From positions 1-64,000 of the forward strand of contig JBDRRP010000090.1 in assembly GCA_043825735.1 (NCBI GenBank): DNA of 64,000 bases, in the 5' to 3' direction. The number at the start of each line of letters is the position of its first letter. The first letter of the stretch is position 1. The translations under genes were made by a program, and so were the position numbers. Under the pieces are notes generated by a model. The model did no database searches and was not told where the DNA came from. It saw nothing but the letters and a program-made list of their open reading frames with translations. This document shows positions 46,847 to 56,546 of the stretch, in pieces. The DNA comes from Pseudomonadota bacterium (GTDB taxonomy: Bacteria > Desulfobacterota > Desulfobacteria > Desulfobacterales > JBDRRP01).

Positions 46847-49582
46847 CTATGCTTTGATATCGAAGAGCTTGCCGATGAGCTGGCTTTTCATGATGTCGCC
46901 GTCGATGATCAGTTTGCCCGAGGTGTACGCCTGCATCGGGTTGAGCCGGCCGGTCATCATGGCGGTAAAATCGCCGTCGGCCATTTTTAGGGTGCAGGTG
47001 GGCGCGGGGTGCTCTCCGGCGGCCACGGTGCAGGCCTTGCCTGAGACGATGCAGTGCCAGTCGCCGCCGCCGGGACCGGAGATGCGGAAGGCAAACACCA
47101 CATCGACCCCTTCTGCGGCATCCGGCCGGAAGCTCACCGCCATCTTTTCGAAGATGTCCTGCACGCTCGGACCGTCGGTTTTTTTGACCTTGCCGCCACC
47201 GGTTTCGGGCGCGGCCGGCGGCGTCAGCAGCTCCATGAGGGCCGTGTTGAGATCGCTGAGTTCTTTGGCGCCGTCGAGGGCGTCGATGCGGGCCCAGTTT
47301 TCTTCGATGTCTTCCACCGTGGGCAGGCGGCCTTCGGTGGCCAGTTGAATCCCCGGTCCGGTGACCATGGCCGCCCGGCTGAAATAGCCCATGCCGGCAT
47401 TGAAGATCTGCCCGGTGACGCTGCAGTGCTCGCTTACGAGATACAGCGCCATGGGGACAACGAATTCCGGTTTGGCCTTATCGAAGATCTCCGGCGGCAT
47501 GACGTCTTCGGTGAGCCGGCTGGCGGCCAGCGGCGCGATGGTGTTGACCGCGATGTCGTATTTTTTGCCCTCCAGCTTGAGATTGTTCATGAGCCCCACC
47601 AGCGCCATCTTGGCGGCCGAGTAGTTGCTCTGGCCGAAGTTGCCATAGAGGCCGGCCGCCGATGTCGTCATGAGAATCCGGCCGTAGCCGTTTTCCTTCA
47701 TGACCGCAAAGGCCGGACGGGTGACGTTGTAGGCGCCGTTCAAGTGAACGGCAAGAACGGCCTGCCAGTTCTCCGGACTCATCTTGATAAAGCTCTTGTC
47801 TCTAAGGATGCCGGCGTTGTTGACCACGATGTCAACGCGGCCGAAGGCCCCCATGGCCGCGGCGATGACGGCCGCGCCGCCCGCTGCGGTGGCCACGTTG
47901 TCGTCGTTGGCGATCGCCTGGCCGCCGGCGGCGATGATTTCAGCCACCACCTGATCGGCCGGGGCCGCCACGCCGTCGCCTGATCCGTCCCGGGCGGCGC
48001 CCAGGTCGTTGACCACCACCTTGGCCCCGCGCCGGGCCAGTTCCAGGGCATAGGCCCGGCCCAGACCGGCGCCGGCCCCGGTGACCACCGCCACGCGGCC
48101 GTCAAAGGAGATCCGGTCCGCTCCGCCCGCGGCTCCGGGGATGGGAACGGCCTTCCAGAAGTAGTTGACGAACCCGCGCCCCTTGTCTTCGCTGCGTTTT
48201 CGAAACACCATGCGCACCGGGAGCCCCACTTTGAGCTCTTCAAATTCGCAGTCGGTGAAGTCGGCCATGAGTCGGCCGCCATTGTCGAACTGGACCATGC
48301 CGTATTTATGGGGCGGATCCACCGATACGGCTAAAAGATCCCAGGTGAAGGTTTTGATTCGGGCCGGCTGGTCGGCAAATGCGTAGTCGTCCTGGCTGCG
48401 GTGAGCGCCGCACGTCGGGTTGACGCAGATATCGGTGCGGGGGAACTGGGGCGTGTTGCAGGCGCTGCAGACGCCGCCCATCATGCCCAGAATCATTTTA
48501 CGCTTTCGCCACAGCGCGGTCATGGCCGTCTGTGTCGGGGCTTCGGCCCGAATGCCCATCTCCGGGTCGATGAGATCCCGGAACTTGAGCCACTTGGGGT
48601 AGTTGTCCACGCGCTTGCCGCAGGCCACCGCGCTGCTGAAGCAGTCTCTGGCAGGCATCGCCGTGATGGCCTCGGTGACTTCGAAAAGCAGCGCGTTGCT
48701 ACCCTGGCCAAAGCCGGCAACGAGAATCGTCTCACCGGGGGCGGCCTTTTCCAGGGCGGCCGTGAGCATGAGCAGCGGGTGGGCCGTGCCGGTCTCTCCG
48801 CAGACCTCGTGGAGGGTGTCCACCACCTGCCCGGGAGCGGCCCCCATGGCGGCGGCGATCTTCTTGTGCTCGGCCTTGAAATAGCAGGGAAAGACCAGGT
48901 GGCTCACCCGGTCCATGGTCATGCCGGTTTTTTTCAGCAGACCGCTGACCGCTTCGGGGATGATCTTGGCGTAGCCTTCGTCGCGGACCCAGCGCTCCTC
49001 CCACGTGTAGTCGAAACGGTGCCCGGCGCCGCGGTAGTGGTCCACGAAATCATAGGAAACCGAGTAGGACCCCTTGAATTCGGCAATGACATCGGTATCG
49101 CCCACGGTCACCGCAGCGGCGCCGTCGCCGTACCACATCTCGTAGAAATTGCCGGGTTTTGTTTCGCGCCGGTCGGCGGCGGCCACGAGGACGCGGCGGC
49201 GCTCGCCGCCTTTCACCGTTTCCAGGGCCGTGAGCAGCGCCGTGGTGCCGGCCTTCTGGGCGGACGTAAAATCGGCGGTCAGGGCCGTTTCCGGCAGATT
49301 CAGCGCCGTGGCCACGATGCCCGCGTTCTGACGGTCGGCAAAGGGCAGGGTTGTGGAGGCCAGGTAGAGGGCGTCAATGTCTGAGCGGGGGGCCCCGTTC
49401 AGGCAGTTCCGGGCCGCCGCCACGGCCATGGTCACCGCGTCTTCGTCCCAGTTGCACATGGTCCGCTCGCCCTGGGCCACCATGACCAGGGCCGGGGCGA
49501 ACCAGCCCATGGCCTGAAAGATCGCCATGCGGTCCAGCCGCAGGCGAGGAAGGTAGGCGCCGTATGATGTGATACCGATCAT
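46847..49582 (-). CDS. Four-domain fusion: HMG-CoA-synthase-like, DUF35 Zn-ribbon/OB, SDR, SCP2
   Basis: MIGITSYGAYLPRLR, DEDAVTMA, GDGAAAV; CSAC..CVNPTC; TGAGAGLG, NNAGILRD, YSAAK; NPMQAYTSGKLIIDGD. Confidence 0.85.
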   Translation of the reverse strand: MIGITSYGAYLPRLRLDRMAIFQAMGWFAPALVMVAQGERTMCNWDEDAVTMAVAAARNCLNGAPRSDIDALYLASTTLPFADRQNAGIVATALNLPETALTADFTSAQKAGTTALLTALETVKGGERRRVLVAAADRRETKPGNFYEMWYGDGAAAVTVGDTDVIAEFKGSYSVSYDFVDHYRGAGHRFDYTWEERWVRDEGYAKIIPEAVSGLLKKTGMTMDRVSHLVFPCYFKAEHKKIAAAMGAAPGQVVDTLHEVCGETGTAHPLLMLTAALEKAAPGETILVAGFGQGSNALLFEVTEAITAMPARDCFSSAVACGKRVDNYPKWLKFRDLIDPEMGIRAEAPTQTAMTALWRKRKMILGMMGGVCSACNTPQFPRTDICVNPTCGAHRSQDDYAFADQPARIKTFTWDLLAVSVDPPHKYGMVQFDNGGRLMADFTDCEFEELKVGLPVRMVFRKRSEDKGRGFVNYFWKAVPIPGAAGGADRISFDGRVAVVTGAGAGLGRAYALELARRGAKVVVNDLGAARDGSGDGVAAPADQVVAEIIAAGGQAIANDDNVATAAGGAAVIAAAMGAFGRVDIVVNNAGILRDKSFIKMSPENWQAVLAVHLNGAYNVTRPAFAVMKENGYGRILMTTSAAGLYGNFGQSNYSAAKMALVGLMNNLKLEGKKYDIAVNTIAPLAASRLTEDVMPPEIFDKAKPEFVVPMALYLVSEHCSVTGQIFNAGMGYFSRAAMVTGPGIQLATEGRLPTVEDIEENWARIDALDGAKELSDLNTALMELLTPPAAPETGGGKVKKTDGPSVQDIFEKMAVSFRPDAAEGVDVVFAFRISGPGGGDWHCIVSGKACTVAAGEHPAPTCTLKMADGDFTAMMTGRLNPMQAYTSGKLIIDGDIMKSQLIGKLFDIKA

Positions 49583-49614
49583 GGTTGTCTCCTTTCCGGA
49601 TGCGGGGCGTTGAG

Positions 49615-51732
49615 TCACCGCGCGAAACCGAAGAGCTTTTCGATGAGCTGTGATTTCATGATGTCGCCGCCGATCCTGAGCTTGCCCGAGGTGTAGGCCT
49701 TCATGGCCGCAAGCGTTCCGTTCATCATGGCAAGAAAGTCGGCCGCGCCCATGGCGAGGGTGCAGGTGGGCGCATCGTGAGTGCCTTCGCCCACCTGGCA
49801 GACGCCGCCGTCAACGATGCAGTGCCATGTCCCGCCGCCGTCCCCGGTGATCTCGTACTGAAAGACCACTGAGACGCCTTCGGCGGCGGACGGCTTGAAC
49901 GCTGCGGGCATGGCCGAGAACACTTCGGAAACGGCTGTGAAACCGGCAGCCTTGGTCTGATCGGGCGCTGCCGGCGGGCCGCTCAGGGCGGTGAGCACGT
50001 CGCCGATCTGGGCGTTGAGTTGATCATGGAAGCGTGCGTCGGTGTTGTCCGATATGGTACTCAACCGCCCGGCGATGTCTTCCAGGGTGGGGAAGGCGTC
50101 TTCGGGAGCCACCACGGCGCCGGGGCCCGTGGCCACCGCCACCCGGTTGAAGAATCCCATGCCGGCGTTGTAGATGCCGCCGGAGACCGGACAGTCCTCG
50201 CTGGCGAGGTAGACCACCAGGGGGGTGATGTATTCGGGTTTCATTTTTTCGAAAAGATCGGGCGGCAGGACGTCTTCGGTGAGCCGGGAGGCGGCGATGG
50301 GCGCCACCGTGTTGACCTTGACATCGTACTTGGCCCCTTCGAGCTTGAGGGTGTTCATGAGCCCCACCAGGCCCATCTTGGCAGCGGCGTAGTTGGCCTG
50401 GCCGAAATTGCCGTAAAGCCCGGCCGCCGATGTGGTCATAATGATGCGGCCGTAGCCCTTTTCCTTCATGACGGTAAAGGCCGGGCGGGTGACGTTGTAG
50501 GCGCCATTGAGGTGGACATCGAGAACAGACTGCCAGATATCCGGTTCCATTTTGACAAAGCTCTTGTCGCGAAGAATGCCGGCGTTGTTGATGAGGATGT
50601 CCACTGTGCCGAAGTGATCGATGGCGGTCTTGATGATGGCCTCGCCGCCCTCGGCGGTTGCCACGTTATCGTAATTGGCCACGGCTTCGCCGTCGAAGGC
50701 ACGGATTTCTGCCACCACCGTGTCCGCCGGTGTCGCTGATCCGGTGCCTGCGCCGTCCCGGGCGCCGCCCAGATCGTTGACCACCACCCTGGCCCCGCGG
50801 CGGGCCAGCTCCAGGGCGTAGGTGCGTCCAAGGCCGGCGCCGGCGCCGGTGACCACAGCCACCCGGCCGTCGAGCCGGATCCGGTGGGCCGGTGGATCGC
50901 CGTAATCAAAGACGCCGCGGTCGATGACCACCTCGCCGGTTTCGGCGTTGCAGGTCCGCCACAGGGCTTTGCCGTCTTCGATTTTCCAGATCTCGGTGCG
51001 GATGGGTGTCCCCGGGTAAAGGGTCTTTGAGAACCGGCAGACCATTCGGCGCGCCTTTTCGGGCGCCCCGGGAATCAGGCTGGCGATGAGGGCGCGGCAG
51101 GCGAATCCGTGGGTGCACAGGCCATGCATGATGGGTTTGTCGAAACCGGACATCTTGGCAAACTCCGGGTCCACGTGGAGGCTGAAAATGTCGCCCGAGA
51201 GCCTGTAAATCAGTGGCTGGTGAGCCAGGGGGGCAGCGGTAACGCTGATGTCCGCATCTCTTTCCGGAAATGAGAAATCTGCTTTCGGGGCGTCCGGGCC
51301 GCCGAATCCGCCGTCTCGACGGGCAAACACGGTGGCGATGCTGGTGAACAGTTTTTTGCCCGAGCCGTGAAAGGTGTCGCTTTGGGCCACCACCAGGGCG
51401 CCCTTGCCTTTGCCCTTATCGTAGTAGTGGGTGATCTTGCCCGTCGTTTTGAGGCTGCCTTCGGTGGGGATGGGGTTGTGGAAGATCAGCTCCTGCTCGC
51501 CGTGGAGAATGCCGGCCAAATCGACGTTCGAGGCGATGCCGATATTGGAGAGAAAGTCGAAGACGGCGGCGATGGAAAAACTGGGAATGACCTTGAGGTC
51601 TTTTTCATAGCAGTAGTCCAGATCATCGAACCCGGCGCCGACACCCAGGGCATAGAGCACCACGTCCTTCCAGGTGTATTCCCGTGTGATAGGGCCGATG
51701 GGTTTTCCGACCGCATCGAGGTTGAGTGCCAT
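49615..51732 (-). CDS. Fusion of MaoC-type hydratase-2, SDR dehydrogenase and SCP2 (MFE-2-like, rearranged)
   Basis: LYALGVG, LHGEQ, YRLSGD...LHVDPEFA, PIMHGLCT; TGAGAGLG, YAAAK; AYTSGKLRIGGD. Confidence 0.88.
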   Translation of the reverse strand: MALNLDAVGKPIGPITREYTWKDVVLYALGVGAGFDDLDYCYEKDLKVIPSFSIAAVFDFLSNIGIASNVDLAGILHGEQELIFHNPIPTEGSLKTTGKITHYYDKGKGKGALVVAQSDTFHGSGKKLFTSIATVFARRDGGFGGPDAPKADFSFPERDADISVTAAPLAHQPLIYRLSGDIFSLHVDPEFAKMSGFDKPIMHGLCTHGFACRALIASLIPGAPEKARRMVCRFSKTLYPGTPIRTEIWKIEDGKALWRTCNAETGEVVIDRGVFDYGDPPAHRIRLDGRVAVVTGAGAGLGRTYALELARRGARVVVNDLGGARDGAGTGSATPADTVVAEIRAFDGEAVANYDNVATAEGGEAIIKTAIDHFGTVDILINNAGILRDKSFVKMEPDIWQSVLDVHLNGAYNVTRPAFTVMKEKGYGRIIMTTSAAGLYGNFGQANYAAAKMGLVGLMNTLKLEGAKYDVKVNTVAPIAASRLTEDVLPPDLFEKMKPEYITPLVVYLASEDCPVSGGIYNAGMGFFNRVAVATGPGAVVAPEDAFPTLEDIAGRLSTISDNTDARFHDQLNAQIGDVLTALSGPPAAPDQTKAAGFTAVSEVFSAMPAAFKPSAAEGVSVVFQYEITGDGGGTWHCIVDGGVCQVGEGTHDAPTCTLAMGAADFLAMMNGTLAAMKAYTSGKLRIGGDIMKSQLIEKLFGFAR

Positions 51733-51774
51733 GATGGTTCCTCCTTTATTTGAAATTTGTGCGCGCTTTAAGCT

Positions 51775-51921
51775 TTGATGAAACCGTAAAAAGTCGAAAA
51801 TCTCCTTTTTTTGTCATTCCGGACGAGTGAAGCGAGATCCGGGATCCAGTGATTTCAAGCACTTCTGGACCCCGGCCTTCGCCGGGGTGACGGGCGTTGG
51901 GACTTTTTACCGGTTCATCAA
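51775..51921. repeat. Family A element, directly followed by a family E element (51934-52202)
   Basis: TTGATGAAACCGTAAAAAGT ... ACTTTTTACCGGTTCATCAA; near-identical to 13927-14071. Confidence 0.88.
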
Positions 51922-52235
51922 GCTTTGGGTTTTCTCCCATTGGGTCGGAGAAAAGGGTTCGAGGGTTCAAGGGTCCAAGGGATTGTCCGCCGTTGGTGTG
52001 TGGCGGGATCGAGCGGCGGCATTGGGCGTCATCCAATACGCTTGCAATTGGCAGCCGATTCGCGCAGCATGTTGGAGGCGCGATCACAATCCACACCCAA
52101 TGAAGGCGGCCCAAGGGTGTACTGTCCACAGACGCATTTTGTCGTTTTCTGAGTCGTTTTTCACTCGACCCCTTGAACCCTCGGACCCTTGAACCCTTCC
52201 AATTCGCCAAACGTTATACGTGACAACCTCGGCTG

Positions 52236-52871
52236 CTACATGTGCTGCCGATGTCCAACAAAGGCAGGAATCAGAATGAAGCGCAGGGTTTCCTTGACCA
52301 CTGACTGGTACTCAGGAGACCCCAGGTGAAGCATGGGTCGCAGAAAGTGCTCGCCGGCGGTGAAGTTGATGACGCTGTTCCAAACGGCGAGCACCCGGGC
52401 GTTGGCCTGGGGCGTCACGGCCTTGCGGTCCAAGGCCAGCCCCATGGCTACGGCGATGTTGCCGATGTGCTCGGTGAGCAGTTCCTCGAAGTTGAAATCG
52501 GTTCGGGTTTTGCTGAAATAACTCAGGAGCATCAGTTTGGCCGCTTCCGGATTGGCAAAGAGATAGTCGCACATGACGTCGATGGCCGCCGCGAGCCGGG
52601 TGCCCAGATCCTTGCCGCGAACAGCTTTTTCGATCTCCTTGAGTTTTTCCCGGATCTCGTCGTTCAGGTCCACGAGGACCGCCTCGTAAAGGTCCTGCTT
52701 TTCCCCCCAGTGGTAATACAGGGTTGACACGTCGATGCCGACGGCCTGGGCGATCATCCGGGCGGTGACGCCGTGGTAGCCGTATTCACCGAACAGGCGG
52801 CGGGCGGTGGTCAGAATTTTCGCTTTCATACCGTCCGGCGCTTGCCGGGCTTTTTCCAGAGGAGAGGGCAC
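52236..52871 (-). CDS. TetR/AcrR family transcriptional regulator
   Basis: KILTTARRLFGEYGYHGVTARMIAQAVGIDVSTLYYHWGEKQDLY; GTG start after AAGGAG. Confidence 0.9.
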   Translation of the reverse strand: MPSPLEKARQAPDGMKAKILTTARRLFGEYGYHGVTARMIAQAVGIDVSTLYYHWGEKQDLYEAVLVDLNDEIREKLKEIEKAVRGKDLGTRLAAAIDVMCDYLFANPEAAKLMLLSYFSKTRTDFNFEELLTEHIGNIAVAMGLALDRKAVTPQANARVLAVWNSVINFTAGEHFLRPMLHLGSPEYQSVVKETLRFILIPAFVGHRQHM

Positions 52872-52889
52872 AGAGATTCTCCTTGATGG

Positions 52890-52911
52890 TTTTCCAACAT
52901 TTGTTGGAAAA
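52890..52911. promoter_or_regulatory. Candidate TetR operator
   Basis: TTTTCCAACA-TT-TGTTGGAAAA, perfect 10-bp arms, just upstream of the tetR RBS. Confidence 0.65.
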
Positions 52912-53052
52912 CAGATATTGAAAAATATTTCGAATGTCAAGAAACAAATAAACGGGGTTCACCGCCCAGACGCACAACGTCTGCGGCCGGCGCCTTCACC
53001 GCCTTCATTTTTCTCTATGGATTAATGCAAGGGTGCCATTCGATGTCATGCG

Positions 53053-53081
53053 TTGACTTTCAATGCATTGCGTTGTAATTT
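53053..53081 (+). promoter_or_regulatory. Promoter/operator of the DUF433-DUF5615 pair
   Basis: TTGACT-17 bp-TAATTT with palindrome CAATGCATTG in the spacer. Confidence 0.5.
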
Positions 53082-53107
53082 ATTGGCATCCCAACGAAAG
53101 GGGGAAC

Positions 53108-53536
53108 ATGATTTCCACGATTCAAAAGAGTATACGGCTTCCCGGTGACGCTGTCGCGGATATCGAAAACCTTGCAAGGACCCTTGGCAAGGATTTCTCG
53201 GGCCTGGCGCGGGATCTTCTTATGGAAGCCATCAGATTGAGAAGGTGTCCCGGAATTGTCTTTGTGGACGGCCCTTCGGGCCGGCGTGCCAGGATTGCCG
53301 GCACCGGCATCGACGTATGGGAGTTGATCGCCGCATTCCAGGGGATGAATGAAGACTACGAGAAGCTGAAATCAGCCTATCATTGGCTCGCCGACGCGCA
53401 GATCCGATCGGCGTTGTCGTTTTATGCATTGTACCCTGATGAAATCGGCGAAATCATTGAACGGAACGAACGCTTGACCGAAGACCTGATTCTGAAGCGC
53501 TTTCCGTTTTTATCCAAATCATATGGCGCGCCGTGA
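53108..53536 (+). CDS. DUF433-domain antitoxin with RHH-like N-terminus
   Basis: KSIRLP; ARIAGTGIDVWELI; LADAQIRSALSFY. Confidence 0.82.
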   Translation: MISTIQKSIRLPGDAVADIENLARTLGKDFSGLARDLLMEAIRLRRCPGIVFVDGPSGRRARIAGTGIDVWELIAAFQGMNEDYEKLKSAYHWLADAQIRSALSFYALYPDEIGEIIERNERLTEDLILKRFPFLSKSYGAP

Positions 53537-53886
53537 AACTCTACCTCGATGAGGATATCAGCCCACGGGTGGCCGAACGGCTTCGCAAAAAAGGTGTGGA
53601 TGCCCTCAGCGCCCACGAGGTCAACATGACGGGTGCCACAGACGAAGAACAACTGGCGATGGCGGTTTCCGAGGGGCGGGTGATGGTCACCCGTAATAGA
53701 AATGATTTTATCGCCTTGACCGTCCGCTCATTTCAGGATGTCAGACCCCACTGCGGCCTCCTCATCACCCCTTACACTATCCCGGGCGACGACTTCGGCC
53801 TTTTGGCCGACCGGTTAAGCGAATACGCCCGACGCCATCCCCATGGTATCGCTCCCTACACGATTGATTACCTATCAATATCTTAG
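53533..53886 (+). CDS. DUF5615 PIN-like toxin
   Basis: MKLYLDEDI, GATDEEQL, GRVMVTRN..DF, HCGLL; 4-bp overlap. Confidence 0.85.
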   Translation: MKLYLDEDISPRVAERLRKKGVDALSAHEVNMTGATDEEQLAMAVSEGRVMVTRNRNDFIALTVRSFQDVRPHCGLLITPYTIPGDDFGLLADRLSEYARRHPHGIAPYTIDYLSIS

Positions 53887-54145
53887 GAAAATGTCTAGAA
53901 AATTGATGACGACATCATTAAAGTCATCGATAAAATAGAAAAGTCAGCGACCATGAACGGTGCCAGCGCCTTTGATTTGTAAACGCCGGGCTTTCGCACA
54001 CGCCAAAGTCTATAAGCGCCTAGTAACGAACCGCGAGATATAGAACGCATTCTGAGTCATTTCTTATTTGGGTTCAAACGAGATATATGGCAAACAGTGC
54101 GCGGTCCCTCTGCGCAGCTACCCAAGCTACGGGTTGTTGCTGCCA

Positions 54146-54862
54146 TTACTCGGTCTTTCCTAATGTTGCTTTTAAATACGTTGGACTGAGTTTGCGGACT
54201 CTTTTCATTTCTTTTCGAATTCTTTTACCTGATTTTGGATTGACATGATAATAAGATGTTCGGGATACCTCATAGGGTTCACTCCCTTTCATTTTTAAGA
54301 TCAAGCGCGTAGTATAGCTTTCTCCAGGGATATTTTCAATTTTCCAGTCTTCTATGTTATGAAGAAATGCTTCCCAATAAAGGAAATGAGGCTTATGGGT
54401 AGCTATCTTTTCAATGAACTCCTTAATTTTAAAGCCATATTTTAAAGTCAGATCTAAATCATTAAAAACATCATTCCAGTTAATATAATGCGACTCAACG
54501 TCTTTTGCTTTTTTAGCAAGTATCTTAAATTTATGTTTGTTTATCATTAATCCTTTACGCCCGACACCGATCTTTCTGGAGATTTGGGCAACCGGAATGT
54601 CTTTCAATATGCCATCGATGTACTGAATTATTTGCGCCAAACTAAATTTAGTTCCCTGCAAAATTGTTCCACTAAAAATATTAAAGCATTTTTCACAGGT
54701 TTTACAGCGATAATCAAGAATAGGTTCTCTGCCACGTTTATAAACGAAACAGTTTTCTAAAGGATGACCATTGGGACATTGTAAGTTGTTTTGATGCAAT
54801 AATCGAAGAAGAAAGTCATAGCTCTCTTGGTCTTCTGGAATATATTTTAGTGGAAAATCCAT
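54146..54862 (-). CDS. Protein with IS1595-like Zn-ribbon and HTH N-terminus and unrecognised C-terminus
   Basis: LQCPNGH, YRCKTCEKCFNIFSGTILQGTK, VAQISRKIGV; no DDE region recognised; AT-rich. Confidence 0.6.
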   Translation of the reverse strand: MDFPLKYIPEDQESYDFLLRLLHQNNLQCPNGHPLENCFVYKRGREPILDYRCKTCEKCFNIFSGTILQGTKFSLAQIIQYIDGILKDIPVAQISRKIGVGRKGLMINKHKFKILAKKAKDVESHYINWNDVFNDLDLTLKYGFKIKEFIEKIATHKPHFLYWEAFLHNIEDWKIENIPGESYTTRLILKMKGSEPYEVSRTSYYHVNPKSGKRIRKEMKRVRKLSPTYLKATLGKTE

Positions 54863-55161
54863 CCTACGCTCTCCTAATTCGACAAGTATCGCTTAACGAA
54901 AATTTTGATCACACCATATAGTGCCCTAAAAATCACCATTTACGATACATATAATTTTATATCTTTTATGTCAAGAATATGTAGGCTTAAGGATATATAA
55001 CAATAATTCAAGCAGTTAACTATGAAACCGAGATGAGGAAAATTTCTCTGATGCTAAATCGAATATATTATGCTGGGGATACCAAAGCATTGCTTTTCCA
55101 CGACCGAGAGAAAAAGTTTTCCATCTGCCACGACTTTACACCACCAAACAAAAGGGGACCA

Positions 55162-55994
55162 ATGACCAAATTTGAATTAAATGAAAAACGACAGAGGAAT
55201 TGTTCTCTAATCACAGGGGTCCCAAGCGGGTTTTCGCGGCTCGACTCTTTGACAGCAGGCTTTCAGAAATCGGATCTTATAATCTTGGCCGCCAGACCGA
55301 GTATGGGCAAGACCGCGTTAGCACTGCAATTTGCCCGGAATGCCGTCTTCGAAAATGGGGTGCCTGTAGCCGTTTTTTCACTGAAATTGGCCAGTAACCA
55401 ATTGTCCATGCGCATGCTCTGTTCCGAAGCCAGAGTTGATTCAACAAAGCTGAAAAATGGAGTTTGGGGCAGACGTGACTGGGTAAAAATCACCGGTGCC
55501 GCTGAAATCTTATGTGACGATCGTATCTATATCGATGATTCAGCTGACATATCCCCGAAAACCATCATGGCTAAAGTAAGACGCCTTAAAAAAATCACGA
55601 TTTAGGAATGATCATTGTCGATAACCTCCAACTCATGAATCTATTTCAAAATGCCGAAAGGTCTGATCTGGCAATTAGTAAAATTTCAAAAGCACTCAAA
55701 GGGATTTCAATGGAATTTGAAATTCCAGTTGTTGCAATTTCCCAGCTGAATCGACACATGGAAGAGCGTACTGACAAACGGCCAATACTCTCCGACCTCA
55801 GTGAATACGGAGCGCTGGAACAGAATGCGGACATCGTGGTGTTTATATACCGCGAGGATGTTTACAACCAGAACTCGGATGTTCCGGTAACAGGGAAAAC
55901 CGAGCTGATCGTTGCCAAAAATAGAAACGGTGCCATTGGAACGATAGCAATGCGATTTGTCAATGTTCACAATCGTTTCGAACAGACAGTTTAA
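55162..55994 (+). pseudogene. dnaB: DnaB-like helicase C-terminal domain, frameshifted and degenerate
   Basis: LAARPSMGKT; frame break at A7 (55588-55594); IIVDNLQ, SQLNR, LEQNAD, AKNRNG; N-terminal domain absent. Confidence 0.8.
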
Positions 55995-56171
55995 GTTTTT
56001 CAGAAAATTGGCACCAAAATATTTTACGCGGAAAAATAGTAACAACAAGATTTCGGGGGACTCAGGCTCTGCTTCCTCAGGGGGAAGGACAGTTTATCCA
56101 TTCCAGGGGTTAAACCAAATCGTGGCCCTCCGGGTCAGGATCTTTAAAAACAATAATTTCCTTAGAGAAAA

Positions 56172-56546
56172 ATGAAAAAAGTAAGCAATGACTGCCCGGT
56201 CTGCGGTTTACAGTTGGATGACAATCACTTCGCGCCGGTATTGTTCCCTGGAATTGATAACGAAATATGCTGTAACTGCTGCCAAAATCTCGGCCTAATG
56301 TTCACCAACTTTGAAAAGAAACCAGGCGATAACGGTTATATCGTTCCAGATAATTCTTACCGACTCGAACAGATCACCGGACGATCTTACCTGGAGAATA
56401 GGTTGTTTTATTACAAAGATTGCTATAAGTTACGAAAGTCAAAAAAAAATTTGGCGAATGCTGAAGTCCTTCAGGAACTGGAAGATGAAATCGAAAAGAT
56501 CACCGTATCCATCCAGGAAAGGAGATTAGCTAAATGGATATTGTGA
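56172..56546 (+). CDS. Small putative Zn-finger protein
   Basis: CPVC ... CCNCC; 13-bp overlap with the next gene. Confidence 0.55.
   Translation: MKKVSNDCPVCGLQLDDNHFAPVLFPGIDNEICCNCCQNLGLMFTNFEKKPGDNGYIVPDNSYRLEQITGRSYLENRLFYYKDCYKLRKSKKNLANAEVLQELEDEIEKITVSIQERRLAKWIL

Noticed and set aside
53890..54145. tRNA or att site at the left edge of the AT-rich island
   Set aside because: No cloverleaf, integrase or flanking direct repeat recognised
55585..55600. Programmed -1 frameshift in the dnaB-like gene
   Set aside because: CTT AAA AAA ATC does not fit an in-frame X XXY YYZ heptamer, and other catalytic residues are degenerate
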